This document shows, piece after piece, positions 30,284-39,278 of a DNA stretch of 64,000 nt (position 1 is the stretch's first letter; each line of letters begins with the position of its first letter). Source of the stretch: a virus. The notes below the pieces were generated by a model. That model did not search any database, was not told the DNA's origin, and saw only the letters and a list, made by a program, of their open reading frames with translations. A program made the position numbers and the translations under genes. Location: positions 41,317 through 105,316 of IMG/VR virus record IMGVR_UViG_3300017716_002841. One strand, written 5' to 3'.

Positions 30284-31036
30284 TTATAATCTTTTCAACT
30301 GTTCAATTAAGACTTTTTGTGTAGCCTTAGTATTTTCAACTAATGCACGTGATTGTAAAACAGTCTTTACATCTTGTATTTCTGTGTCTGAAAGTGGGTC
30401 AGTTGCATTTGTTTTGCTAGTAATATCCAATATAGCTCCGTCCATATCTACTGCGCTTGGGGATAATTTACTCGCATACTGACGTTCATTAATTCCTAAA
30501 TCACGCGTTATAATAGTTGAGAGTATAGCTACCGTGATTCTACCTCTTTGCTTATATAACCTAATAATATCATCAAATTTAGGCTTTGATTGAACTTTAC
30601 CCTTTTCTCCTTGAATCTGGTTACCTTTATTATCTCTTACATCCATTGTTAAGGCGTTATCTTTTCCACCTCTTGTAACATAAGCGTAATATGTGGTAGG
30701 TGGTACAGTACCACCTACGGGTTTAAACCTTTCTGCGTCGAATTCTACAATTGTTCTATTGCTTTTTGATGGATCCTTAGTTTCTTTGTTAATTTTTATT
30801 GTTTTAGTATTAAAAACTCTTGAATAATTTAACTGTAGTTCTGCCTTCACAAATAATTTAGGTTGATTACCGGTAAAGGCTCTACCTATTTGCTTAAATG
30901 GTTCGGCGATTCGTCCCAACGGTCTAGTTATTTCAGGTGCTAGTGTTGTTGCCGCTGTTTTAGCAGCTGCGGCAACACCTCTTACTATATCGCCGAATGA
31001 CTCTTTTATAATTTCTTTTTGAGAAAGCTTTCGCAT
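30284..31036 (-). CDS. Hypothetical late protein, candidate internal head protein
   Basis: TATAAATA 5 nt upstream; N-terminal IIKE-S site. Confidence 0.6.
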   Translation of the reverse strand: MRKLSQKEIIKESFGDIVRGVAAAAKTAATTLAPEITRPLGRIAEPFKQIGRAFTGNQPKLFVKAELQLNYSRVFNTKTIKINKETKDPSKSNRTIVEFDAERFKPVGGTVPPTTYYAYVTRGGKDNALTMDVRDNKGNQIQGEKGKVQSKPKFDDIIRLYKQRGRITVAILSTIITRDLGINERQYASKLSPSAVDMDGAILDITSKTNATDPLSDTEIQDVKTVLQSRALVENTKATQKVLIEQLKRL

Positions 31037-31085
31037 ATTTATATTTATAGTTGATATTATGAATATACGATATTATAATCCGATT

Positions 31086-31754
31086 ATGGATGATTCTGAA
31101 AATACCGAAATTGGAGATATCGTTAAGCTACCATATGCTAACGGTAATGCTCCCCGTACAGAAAAGGAAAAGCAAGCTATTATTAAACGAGCTGCTAAGG
31201 CTTATGAAAAATACATGGATGCTCTTGGATTTGACTGGAGAAATGATCCTAACTCGGATAATACTCCAATGCGAGTCGCTAAGGCTTTCGTTAACGATAT
31301 TGCAACCGGCTGTTATGATAATCAGCCTAATGTCACTGCATTTCCGAATAATGGTTATGACGGTATTGTTGCACAGTGCAATATTCCCGTTAAATCACTT
31401 TGTTCACATCATCACTTAGCTTTTTCTGGTGTTGCTCATGTAGCGTATATACCGAGCCCAGAAGGTAAGGTTATCGGTCTTAGTAAGCTTAATCGTATTG
31501 TTGAGTTTTACGCAAGACGTCCGCAAATTCAGGAGGGGTTGAGTGTGCAGATTCATGACGCAGTTAACGTCGCTTGTGAAGGTAATCTAGGTGTAGCTGT
31601 TGTACTCAAAGCTCAACATACATGCGCTTGTAATCGTGGAGTAAGACATGATGGATGCTTTATGATTACATCTAAGCTGTCAGGTGATTTCCTCGCTGAT
31701 GAAAAGACACGTACAGAACTTTATAAGTTCATTGATATGGCTTCCAGAAAGTAA
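31086..31754 (+). CDS. folE: GTP cyclohydrolase I
   Basis: [34 protein letters not shown]; start refined to 31086. Confidence 0.95.
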   Translation: MDDSENTEIGDIVKLPYANGNAPRTEKEKQAIIKRAAKAYEKYMDALGFDWRNDPNSDNTPMRVAKAFVNDIATGCYDNQPNVTAFPNNGYDGIVAQCNIPVKSLCSHHHLAFSGVAHVAYIPSPEGKVIGLSKLNRIVEFYARRPQIQEGLSVQIHDAVNVACEGNLGVAVVLKAQHTCACNRGVRHDGCFMITSKLSGDFLADEKTRTELYKFIDMASRK

Positions 31755-31776
31755 GGAACTTACATATTATAAGGTT

Positions 31777-32343
31777 ATGAATATATTCGTAACTAACGAC
31801 GATCCCGTGTTAGCAGCACGGGATCTTTGTGATCAGCACGTTAGAAGCAAGATGGTCATAGAATCCGCTATTATGTTAGCTCATGCATTTCCGCAAGAAC
31901 TACTAAATCATCCCTCAACACCTAGAACTCAATCTGGTAAGCCTAGGAAAGCTGGTAAAGGATACGCTAAGCATCAGTGTTCTATATGGGCTAGAGAAAC
32001 TAAATCTAACTTTGAATGGCTTGTAAATCATACTCTCGAAATGTTTACAGAACGTATGTATAGATGGCCTGACTCAAAAGAACACTTTACAAAAACGTTT
32101 ATTGAATGGTGTGGTAATAATGCTCATAATATTACCACAACACGCTTAGAGCTTACACCGTATGCAGTCGCTATTAACACTGATTGTAATTGTCGTAAGT
32201 TACCAAATTTTGATAATCTTAGTGTTATTGAGCAGTACCGTGCTTATATTATACACGATAAAGAATTTGCTACATGGACAGTTAGACAGTCTCCTGATTG
32301 GTATCATACTGAACATCAATCCGATCACTTGCAATATGATTAG
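31777..32343 (+). CDS. Pyrimidine-dimer DNA glycosylase-like protein (DenV-related family)
   Basis: MNIFV..DP..AARDLCDQHV.KM..ESA.ML, HQCSIWAR, YRAY..DK..ATW..R..PDW. Confidence 0.7.
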   Translation: MNIFVTNDDPVLAARDLCDQHVRSKMVIESAIMLAHAFPQELLNHPSTPRTQSGKPRKAGKGYAKHQCSIWARETKSNFEWLVNHTLEMFTERMYRWPDSKEHFTKTFIEWCGNNAHNITTTRLELTPYAVAINTDCNCRKLPNFDNLSVIEQYRAYIIHDKEFATWTVRQSPDWYHTEHQSDHLQYD

Positions 32344-32737
32344 AATTTACATCAATTAAAGCATCTAACTGTTTGATAAAGGATTTACCGACGAGAATTT
32401 TATATTCATTTTCTGATCGGTTACCAATACTAAAAGGTACATCGTCAAACTCTGTTCCTGCAAACTTAATTCTAAATCTAACAACAGGACGCTCTTCAAC
32501 ATGACCGGCGCCTACGTTGATACTTATTGTATCGTCGATATCCTTTATTAAGCGCTTTCCGTTAATAGTTGTAAAGGAAACTTTTGAACCTTGTCTCGTA
32601 AGGTCTTCACCGTGTATCACGTTGTAAGCACCATTACCAGAGTCAATTTTAACTTTGACTCTACCTACACCAGCTATATCCATCTCTTCGATGAGACCTA
32701 TAACTGTTTTTTCAAAGAATTTCTTGAAAGTAATCAT
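32282..32737 (-). CDS. Retropepsin-like aspartic protease (RimK-associated 'Zn protease' family)
   Basis: KIDSG, EERPVV, FSIGNR, ILVGKSFI; N-terminus MITFKKFFE. Confidence 0.8.
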   Translation of the reverse strand: MITFKKFFEKTVIGLIEEMDIAGVGRVKVKIDSGNGAYNVIHGEDLTRQGSKVSFTTINGKRLIKDIDDTISINVGAGHVEERPVVRFRIKFAGTEFDDVPFSIGNRSENEYKILVGKSFIKQLDALIDVNSNHIASDRIDVQYDTNQETV

Positions 32738-33183
32738 TGGCATTCGTCACATCCTCCGCATGTACAGCCTTTTTCAGCATACTCGCAGCTGCAGCTATCT
32801 TCATAACCTGCGTTATATCTATCTGAACCCACATTTTCTGATTCTTCATACTCTAGATAGTGATATACATCTGAAATATAACTACTAGCTTTTGTTATTT
32901 TAGAAGCAACCCAGCCTTCGATGGAGTTCATTTGTGAAACAAGTTCTTGCAATTTTTGAGAGTACTCAGATAGCCTATGTAGCTCAGCAGCTGCCATACC
33001 TGCGACGCTATCATCATCACATTCATGATTACCGTGGTGCTCATGTTCATCTGCAACAGTTGCACCAGGCATATCCATAGTAACCATAACAGTCTTACCC
33101 AACATACTAGGTGCACCAATCTCACCACCGCTCACTTGTCCATAAGCCTCCGAAAGTAAATTTTGATCACTACGCTTTATCAT
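32734..33183 (-). CDS. Hypothetical late protein with His-rich segment and Cys-rich tail
   Basis: EGWVASKITKASSYISDVYHYL; DEHEHHGNHEC; CSC...CTCGGCDEC. Confidence 0.65.
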   Translation of the reverse strand: MIKRSDQNLLSEAYGQVSGGEIGAPSMLGKTVMVTMDMPGATVADEHEHHGNHECDDDSVAGMAAAELHRLSEYSQKLQELVSQMNSIEGWVASKITKASSYISDVYHYLEYEESENVGSDRYNAGYEDSCSCEYAEKGCTCGGCDECQ

Positions 33184-33191
33184 AACAATAT

Positions 33192-33734
33192 TTATGCTAC
33201 CCCTAAAAGACTCTTAATTCTTTCTTTATCAGTCTGTGTAATATCTGCAGGTGTAAAGTAATCTATAGCAGCAGGATCTTTAGATTCAATCATTTTACGT
33301 GCTGTGGTACCGTCAATGCCTCCAGCTTGCATATTAATACTCTTTATAACTACATTAGGGTAGCTTTCAGGGTGCTTAATAAAAGAATTAAATCTTGAAT
33401 CCGTTTCTTTGGAGCCTGCACCTACTATAATAGTAGCGTTGGGAAACTCTCGTGTAAGATCATAAGTAGATTGTACAGGAGATACTAAACTCTTATTTAT
33501 TTCCACAGGTTTAGAAAGATAAGGGCTATATATAGACCATATCAAATATGATATATCCTGATCAATATTACCACGTTTATTTTTACCTATAAATATTACA
33601 CCTCTATCCGCAGTTTCTAATAATTCCTGTAATGCTAAAAAGTGTCCCTTTGTTGGAGGTTTAAATCCTCCAGGAAAAACCGCTATAGCTTCCGAATTTT
33701 CCCGTTTTTCAAAAAATTGTTTAAAGTTAATCAT
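33192..33734 (-). CDS. HIGH-superfamily (cytidylyltransferase-like) nucleotidyltransferase
   Basis: FPGGFKPPTKGH, IDGTTARK; N-terminus MINFKQFFE. Confidence 0.8.
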   Translation of the reverse strand: MINFKQFFEKRENSEAIAVFPGGFKPPTKGHFLALQELLETADRGVIFIGKNKRGNIDQDISYLIWSIYSPYLSKPVEINKSLVSPVQSTYDLTREFPNATIIVGAGSKETDSRFNSFIKHPESYPNVVIKSINMQAGGIDGTTARKMIESKDPAAIDYFTPADITQTDKERIKSLLGVA

Positions 33735-35434
33735 ATTCTACCTTTGTTTTTGTGAAATGTTGGTGATATTACTTTGAAAATAAACGGTTTATTGTCAACA
33801 CCTTGAAGCTTAATTACCAAACCTTCATACTCACCAAGCTTACCTGCCAATTTATTAAGTTCATTAAGAATTTTTAAGTGCATTCTCCTTTGTAAAGGTA
33901 ATAATACTCTTACTATATGTTGTCTTAAAGTTTTCTTTTCTTGTTGATCTTCACGTTTTCTTGAAGGGTTGTTTAGGATTTCTAAATAGTTGGGATTTTG
34001 AGATATAAAATTATTTATTTCTGTCTGTGCGAGGTGCATTTCTGTAGATAAATTAATTGGACTGAATACATCTATATCTAGAGGAAGGAACTTTACGTCT
34101 TTTGTAGATAGGTCGACTAAACTTTTTGTTATATTATATTTGATGTCGTCAGGAAGATCAGCACCGTTATAGTCTGTAATATTAATTATAGGGAATGTGG
34201 ACCAAACACCTAATTTATCTCTTTCGTAATTAGTAGCTACAAAATATACAACGTTAGGATTATCTTCACGTGTAAGAGCAAACGGAGAATAAAGCCATTC
34301 TGCCTGTACTCTTATACCGTCTAAATTTAAATCCTTTTTATATCTACCCAGCGTCTTTGTTACAATATTTTTTATTTTATTAAAGTTACTTTCAAATGCA
34401 TCTTGTGTAGGAGGATGTTTAATTTTACCTGTAAAGTTGCCGTCTGTTACTGGACCGGAGTAGCTACCCTGTAAGAAGAATTTATTTTCTGGTGTAATAC
34501 CGAACTTTACACTTAACCCGTCTGCTTTTTCTGAAACACTTGAATTACCTGGTTGAATTATACCTTGTGTCTCATCTAGTACATCAATAAAGTTAACAAA
34601 ATTTTCAAAACTCATTGAGTATTGATCTGATTTGTATTCTGAATATAAGTGTTGAACTCCTACTCTTGTACCTTCTGCTGTTGTACTTTCAGTTAGTTTT
34701 TGCTGGGGTAGAAATATAGCTATATCTAAATTATCTCTTAATATAGTTGCTCTTGCATCAGCCAGTATACCTAAAACAATATTAGTATCATTATATTTTT
34801 TATATAAAAATGATATAATATTAGGAATTGTTTTAAGGTTGCGTTCTTTAGCATTTTTATCACCGAGTAGAATTTGAGCCACTCTATTAGGATCAACTCC
34901 TTCAACTACAGCCCCTGTTACTCTATCTGTAATACCTGTAACACCGCTCCACCTACAGTTAATATTTTTAGCAAGATTTGATAGCATTATTGCTCTATGC
35001 ATACCCTTAAAGGGAGATACCTCATCATTAGCTAAAACAAATTGAGCAAATTTTACATCAGGTACAAACATAAAGTCTGTCTGTACAAACTCTTCATCGC
35101 GGCCGATAATGGGCGCTCTAAAATGAACGCTTATACCTGAACGGGAGATATACTCTTTTGGATTTAAGTTGCGTTCTTCGCACCAATTTTTTAATATAGA
35201 TGTTAATTCATCTTTTGTATATTTTTTATTATTAATAGCTATATCTAAATCTCCCGATGACTCCCTTTTACCTGTACTACCTAACAAACACCTATTAAGA
35301 TTAATACCAACAATATTTGAGAGCATATCAATAGTCGGTTTAATATTGGCTAATTGAATACGTGAGGTGGGTAATTGCTTAAACACTTTTCCTCCCTCTA
35401 CAATGACATGGTAATAATGTTTAAAATCTATCAT
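33731..35434 (-). CDS. Fusion of a Pol-beta-type nucleotidyltransferase and an ATP-dependent ligase-like domain
   Basis: N: LGSTGKRESSGDLD...QTDF; C: SEKADG (motif I), QAEW, YEGLVIK (motif IV), FKVIS (motif V). Confidence 0.7.
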   Translation of the reverse strand: MIDFKHYYHVIVEGGKVFKQLPTSRIQLANIKPTIDMLSNIVGINLNRCLLGSTGKRESSGDLDIAINNKKYTKDELTSILKNWCEERNLNPKEYISRSGISVHFRAPIIGRDEEFVQTDFMFVPDVKFAQFVLANDEVSPFKGMHRAIMLSNLAKNINCRWSGVTGITDRVTGAVVEGVDPNRVAQILLGDKNAKERNLKTIPNIISFLYKKYNDTNIVLGILADARATILRDNLDIAIFLPQQKLTESTTAEGTRVGVQHLYSEYKSDQYSMSFENFVNFIDVLDETQGIIQPGNSSVSEKADGLSVKFGITPENKFFLQGSYSGPVTDGNFTGKIKHPPTQDAFESNFNKIKNIVTKTLGRYKKDLNLDGIRVQAEWLYSPFALTREDNPNVVYFVATNYERDKLGVWSTFPIINITDYNGADLPDDIKYNITKSLVDLSTKDVKFLPLDIDVFSPINLSTEMHLAQTEINNFISQNPNYLEILNNPSRKREDQQEKKTLRQHIVRVLLPLQRRMHLKILNELNKLAGKLGEYEGLVIKLQGVDNKPFIFKVISPTFHKNKGRI

Positions 35435-36534
35435 AATAAGTTTTCTATATCTGCTCGCGAACTTTTTATAGCCGCTATGTTAGCTTTATTTAATTTAATA
35501 TCCTGTGTATTGCTAGAGATCTTACCTATGGGTGTAATCATAGATCTTAAATCCTTAATTCCATGATTACCACCTCGTGAGCCGCTATAGCGTGCATATA
35601 ATACAGGCTCATACGGACCGATCGGTAGATCACCATTATATACGATATGACTAGCTGTTAGTTTATATTCATCACCATCCGGTACTATCTCGACTCTACC
35701 CTGTAAGAGAACATTTACATTGTTATTACCGTATTCCTTACCATAATCCATACCGAAGACGGATAATTTTTTTAGTTCACCATCTTCTATTTTTAAATAA
35801 TTAGAAGACCCAGGTGGCATACGATCTGGATACTTCTGTTTTAGCATTTGTACAAAGTTCTTTACTTCAGGGTGCTCGCAAATCTCTTTTCCCGACGTAC
35901 AAGCTGTACCACCATATTGTTGATGATGTCTAGCTTTTGTACCTGCTTTATGAGATATAAACAATACGTTTTTACCTTTAAAAGTAAAATTAAAATCACT
36001 TTTTGGTGTTCCAGGAGTAGACTTTACTCCGTCAACTTTTTGATGATATCCATTTATATTAATAGTAATATAATCTACATCATTTTCAATAAGCAGAGCT
36101 TTTATTTGATCTTTTAGATCCTCTAGAACAATATCCTCATCTACTGTACCAAAGCCCTTGCCCTTACCTAGAACAACAGAATATTTATTTCCGTTAATAT
36201 CCTGCACTATATATGTGCGCAGTTGACCGGATGTAGAGCCTTCTTCACCAGGTAGAGATACTTTAATAACTTCTAGTTCAGCTTGCTGTAGTGTCTCAGG
36301 AAATTTTTTCGGATCGTATTCGCCTATAGGCTGTATACGTACATCCTTACCACATGTACCTGGTGATAGGTGTATATCTTTGGAAGATATTATTGTTGCA
36401 AGTTCCTTTTTACTGTATTTCTTAGTACTATCATCTGCCTCTTTTAGAACACGTACAATAAACCTATCCGGTCCAATAAGACCGATAGTAGATACTCTGT
36501 TGCTATATATATTTGATAGTTGCTTATTATGCAT
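35431..36534 (-). CDS. Hypothetical protein, possible PD-(D/E)xK nuclease fold
   Basis: E...TPKSDF...FISHK...QQYGG. Confidence 0.5.
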   Translation of the reverse strand: MHNKQLSNIYSNRVSTIGLIGPDRFIVRVLKEADDSTKKYSKKELATIISSKDIHLSPGTCGKDVRIQPIGEYDPKKFPETLQQAELEVIKVSLPGEEGSTSGQLRTYIVQDINGNKYSVVLGKGKGFGTVDEDIVLEDLKDQIKALLIENDVDYITININGYHQKVDGVKSTPGTPKSDFNFTFKGKNVLFISHKAGTKARHHQQYGGTACTSGKEICEHPEVKNFVQMLKQKYPDRMPPGSSNYLKIEDGELKKLSVFGMDYGKEYGNNNVNVLLQGRVEIVPDGDEYKLTASHIVYNGDLPIGPYEPVLYARYSGSRGGNHGIKDLRSMITPIGKISSNTQDIKLNKANIAAIKSSRADIENLL

Positions 36535-36537
36535 ATA

Positions 36538-37242
36538 CTAAAATAGTGATTCTTCACTTTTATCTCCTAAGACATCTTCTAGATCTTTATTTGAAGATTG
36601 GCTTAACAGATCTTTAATTACAGTAACGATCTTTTCAGGGTCTACATCAGCAAATTCTCTGACAGCAGGTTTTAATATCATGGATTCTTCTTCTGTAGGC
36701 ACATGTCCTAATGCTTTAACTATTAATTCCTTATAAAGCGAATCAAATATCTCAACTAAGTTTAAATTATTTATACTTGGCTCGCTTACAGCTACCTCAT
36801 CGGTAGCATTCTTTGGCTGGCTATCTACTGTTTGAGGTTCTGTAGCATCTACAGGCTGTTCTAATAAGAATATATACTTATTAATAGCATTTAACGTCTT
36901 AGATTCTGTTATTTTTAATCCCGACATTAAACCTATTAGCTTGATAATTCTTTCGAGTAACTCAGGCACTGGAATATTAACAGTGTTTTTTATACTGTTA
37001 ATTTCTGTATTAATATACTCTCGCTTTGACCCTGAGAACTTCTCTGGATTGAATAAAAATGCATTTGTGAGAATTTTAATTACAAATTTTTCATTCGAGC
37101 TAATCGGCTTAACAGTCGGTTCAGGTAGAGCTTGTACTTCAGGTTCCGGTTCAGTTGATACAGCCGTAGGATCCATAGGATCTACCTCTTGTTCATTAAG
37201 TATTCTATAGTATTTTTTAAATAGTGTATCGACTTTATTCAT
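36538..37242 (-). CDS. Acidic hypothetical late protein with internal duplication-like halves
   Basis: ILNEQEVDP..EP and LLEQPVDATEP precede two similar helical segments. Confidence 0.55.
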   Translation of the reverse strand: MNKVDTLFKKYYRILNEQEVDPMDPTAVSTEPEPEVQALPEPTVKPISSNEKFVIKILTNAFLFNPEKFSGSKREYINTEINSIKNTVNIPVPELLERIIKLIGLMSGLKITESKTLNAINKYIFLLEQPVDATEPQTVDSQPKNATDEVAVSEPSINNLNLVEIFDSLYKELIVKALGHVPTEEESMILKPAVREFADVDPEKIVTVIKDLLSQSSNKDLEDVLGDKSEESLF

Positions 37243-37673
37243 TAATATGCCTTTGGTTGTATGTTAGAGGATTGCTTAGCAATCCTCGAAGCGGTTGCTA
37301 GTTGTTTAGTCAAGTCCTTATATACACCGACAGCACCTCTTACTGTCTTAATGCGATCTGTTTGAGCTGGTAATGCTATCGGATCTTTTTTAGCTGCTAG
37401 CATATCTACATTTCTATCAACAGTGTTAGCTGCTGCTAAAGCAGGATCCTCAGCATCTTCTGATTTAATATCACTAGTATATACACTTTTTACCTCTAAA
37501 ACTATATGATTGTTACCAATTTTAATTTTAAGTTCCTTTGGTCTGTGAAGTGATTCTACTTCTATCTGACTAACAGTGCTAAGTAGTTCTACTAATTTAT
37601 CAACCATATTACTCTCAATACTAGCCTGCTCAGAGGGTAAGTTATTTTCTACAATACTCAAAAACTTGGACAT
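37242..37673 (-). CDS. Hypothetical late protein
   Basis: TAAATA 5 nt upstream; MSKFLSIVE-N. Confidence 0.6.
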   Translation of the reverse strand: MSKFLSIVENNLPSEQASIESNMVDKLVELLSTVSQIEVESLHRPKELKIKIGNNHIVLEVKSVYTSDIKSEDAEDPALAAANTVDRNVDMLAAKKDPIALPAQTDRIKTVRGAVGVYKDLTKQLATASRIAKQSSNIQPKAY

Positions 37674-37681
37674 ATGTATAT

Positions 37682-38218
37682 TTATCTAACAACAAGTAAT
37701 TTGTTGGATGATTGCTTGAAGTACACATCATAAAGATAGACTAAATCGTATGATTTAAGAAACTTAAATAGCGATTTAAAAGAAAATCTCGTAACATCAA
37801 AGTTTTTACTATAAAATAACTGTGTTTCGAGCTCTACCACCGCCTCAGCAACATTATTATGTATCTCATCAAGGAAAAGATCAACTGTCGTGTTATTAGT
37901 TATAAATTGAAAAGGCAATTTTTTTAAAGACTTAAAGATTAATGCAAGTAGAACATCGCTTTCATCTCGTGGTATCATAAAAGTATTGCGATTAACATAA
38001 ATTGCAATAGATTCACAACCGGATAACGTTTTGATTTTATCACATAAGGTAACAATTAAGGCGTTAATGAATATCTTTTGTGTATCCTTATATTTAAAAT
38101 CGTTACGTATATTATATAAATTAATATCAGCATTATACTTACGAAAGGTGTGTTGTAAAATATAATCAAAGTTTAACAACTTAATGTTATACCGTGGAAT
38201 TTTGCAATCTATAATCAT
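37682..38218 (-). CDS. Hypothetical protein
   Basis: Start refined to ATG 38218 (MIIDCKIP) to reduce overlap with the GIY-YIG gene. Confidence 0.55.
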   Translation of the reverse strand: MIIDCKIPRYNIKLLNFDYILQHTFRKYNADINLYNIRNDFKYKDTQKIFINALIVTLCDKIKTLSGCESIAIYVNRNTFMIPRDESDVLLALIFKSLKKLPFQFITNNTTVDLFLDEIHNNVAEAVVELETQLFYSKNFDVTRFSFKSLFKFLKSYDLVYLYDVYFKQSSNKLLVVR

Positions 38219-38621
38219 TTCCGTTTTTTGGTCTGCTAATTCGTAAGTTAATAATCCCGTTGTAATAGTCATCTCTAAACAAAACTTCCTCTTCAAATTG
38301 AAGTTTAGTCTCAAAGTATGATAATTCAAATTTTGATTTACAGAAGCGTAAAATCTCAAATTTAAAATTGTCTTTTCCGTATGTAATTATATCTTCATTA
38401 AGCTCTCGTGATGAAGATGTGTATGTTTTCCAATCTGTTTCACGTTCTTCGTGTCTTTTATTACGTTTGCCTTTTAATGGCTTACGTTTAAAAATAGTCT
38501 TACATTGCTTTTTACCAATATACGACTTTAAGTTGGTAAGGCATGTAATTTTATATATAAAACCATACGGTATATTACCGTCTGTTGTATTTACAAGGGT
38601 GATCCAGTGACCTAAGTCCAT
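38187..38621 (-). CDS. GIY-YIG nuclease-family protein
   Basis: GFIYKIT...YIGKK, DWKTYTSSS, FEIL, YYNG. Confidence 0.8.
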   Translation of the reverse strand: MDLGHWITLVNTTDGNIPYGFIYKITCLTNLKSYIGKKQCKTIFKRKPLKGKRNKRHEERETDWKTYTSSSRELNEDIITYGKDNFKFEILRFCKSKFELSYFETKLQFEEEVLFRDDYYNGIINLRISRPKNGNDYRLQNSTV

Positions 38622-38857
38622 TATTTCTTACTCTTACGTTTCGTCTTACGCTTAATTTTGCGTTTACGTTGCAAAATACCCGATCTTGTTCGTATATACT
38701 TGTCAGGTGTAGCTATTCTAGCGTCGCCAGGAGCATAAAAATCACTACTTGTAGGGTTATTCGGACTAAATCCCTCAGCACTACCTCCCAAAACACCAGC
38801 TGAATCCATTTCAACTAATCTTTGATAAATTTCTTCAATAGTTACAGTTGATTTCAT
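38621..38857 (-). CDS. Small protein with very basic C-terminus
   Basis: YAPGDARI motif (also AAGDARL in gp23); KRKIKRKTKRKSKK tail. Confidence 0.6.
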   Translation of the reverse strand: MKSTVTIEEIYQRLVEMDSAGVLGGSAEGFSPNNPTSSDFYAPGDARIATPDKYIRTRSGILQRKRKIKRKTKRKSKK

Positions 38858-38882
38858 ATATAAAAGTATTTATAATAACTTT

Positions 38883-39278
38883 GTGGATTTGATAGAGCGA
38901 TACAGAGAAGAGATTGTAAAAGATCTTGTAATAAATGATTTCAATATTAAAGATATTCAGTTAAAATTGCCGTCTCGTAAGCATTACTGGGCAGCTAGAT
39001 TGATTGATGCTAAGATTGCACATTATAAACTAATTAAGCGTAAGAAATCTCTTAAAGAATCTATTGCTAAACGTATTATTAATGAAGCTCCTGTAAGAGT
39101 AACACAACAAACAGCTGAAATAGCAGCTGAATCCTCTGAAGAACTGCAAAATATTACTAACGAGCTGAGAGATTATGAGTTTGTCATAGAATATCTTGAA
39201 AAAGTTGAAAAAATTATGAGTGGAATGGGGTTTGACATCAAAAACATTATCGAAATTCAAAAAATGGAACAACTATGA
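38883..39278 (+). CDS. uvsY: Recombination mediator
   Basis: Helical 131 aa protein ending GFDIKNIIE, upstream of uvsW. Confidence 0.8.
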   Translation: MDLIERYREEIVKDLVINDFNIKDIQLKLPSRKHYWAARLIDAKIAHYKLIKRKKSLKESIAKRIINEAPVRVTQQTAEIAAESSEELQNITNELRDYEFVIEYLEKVEKIMSGMGFDIKNIIEIQKMEQL

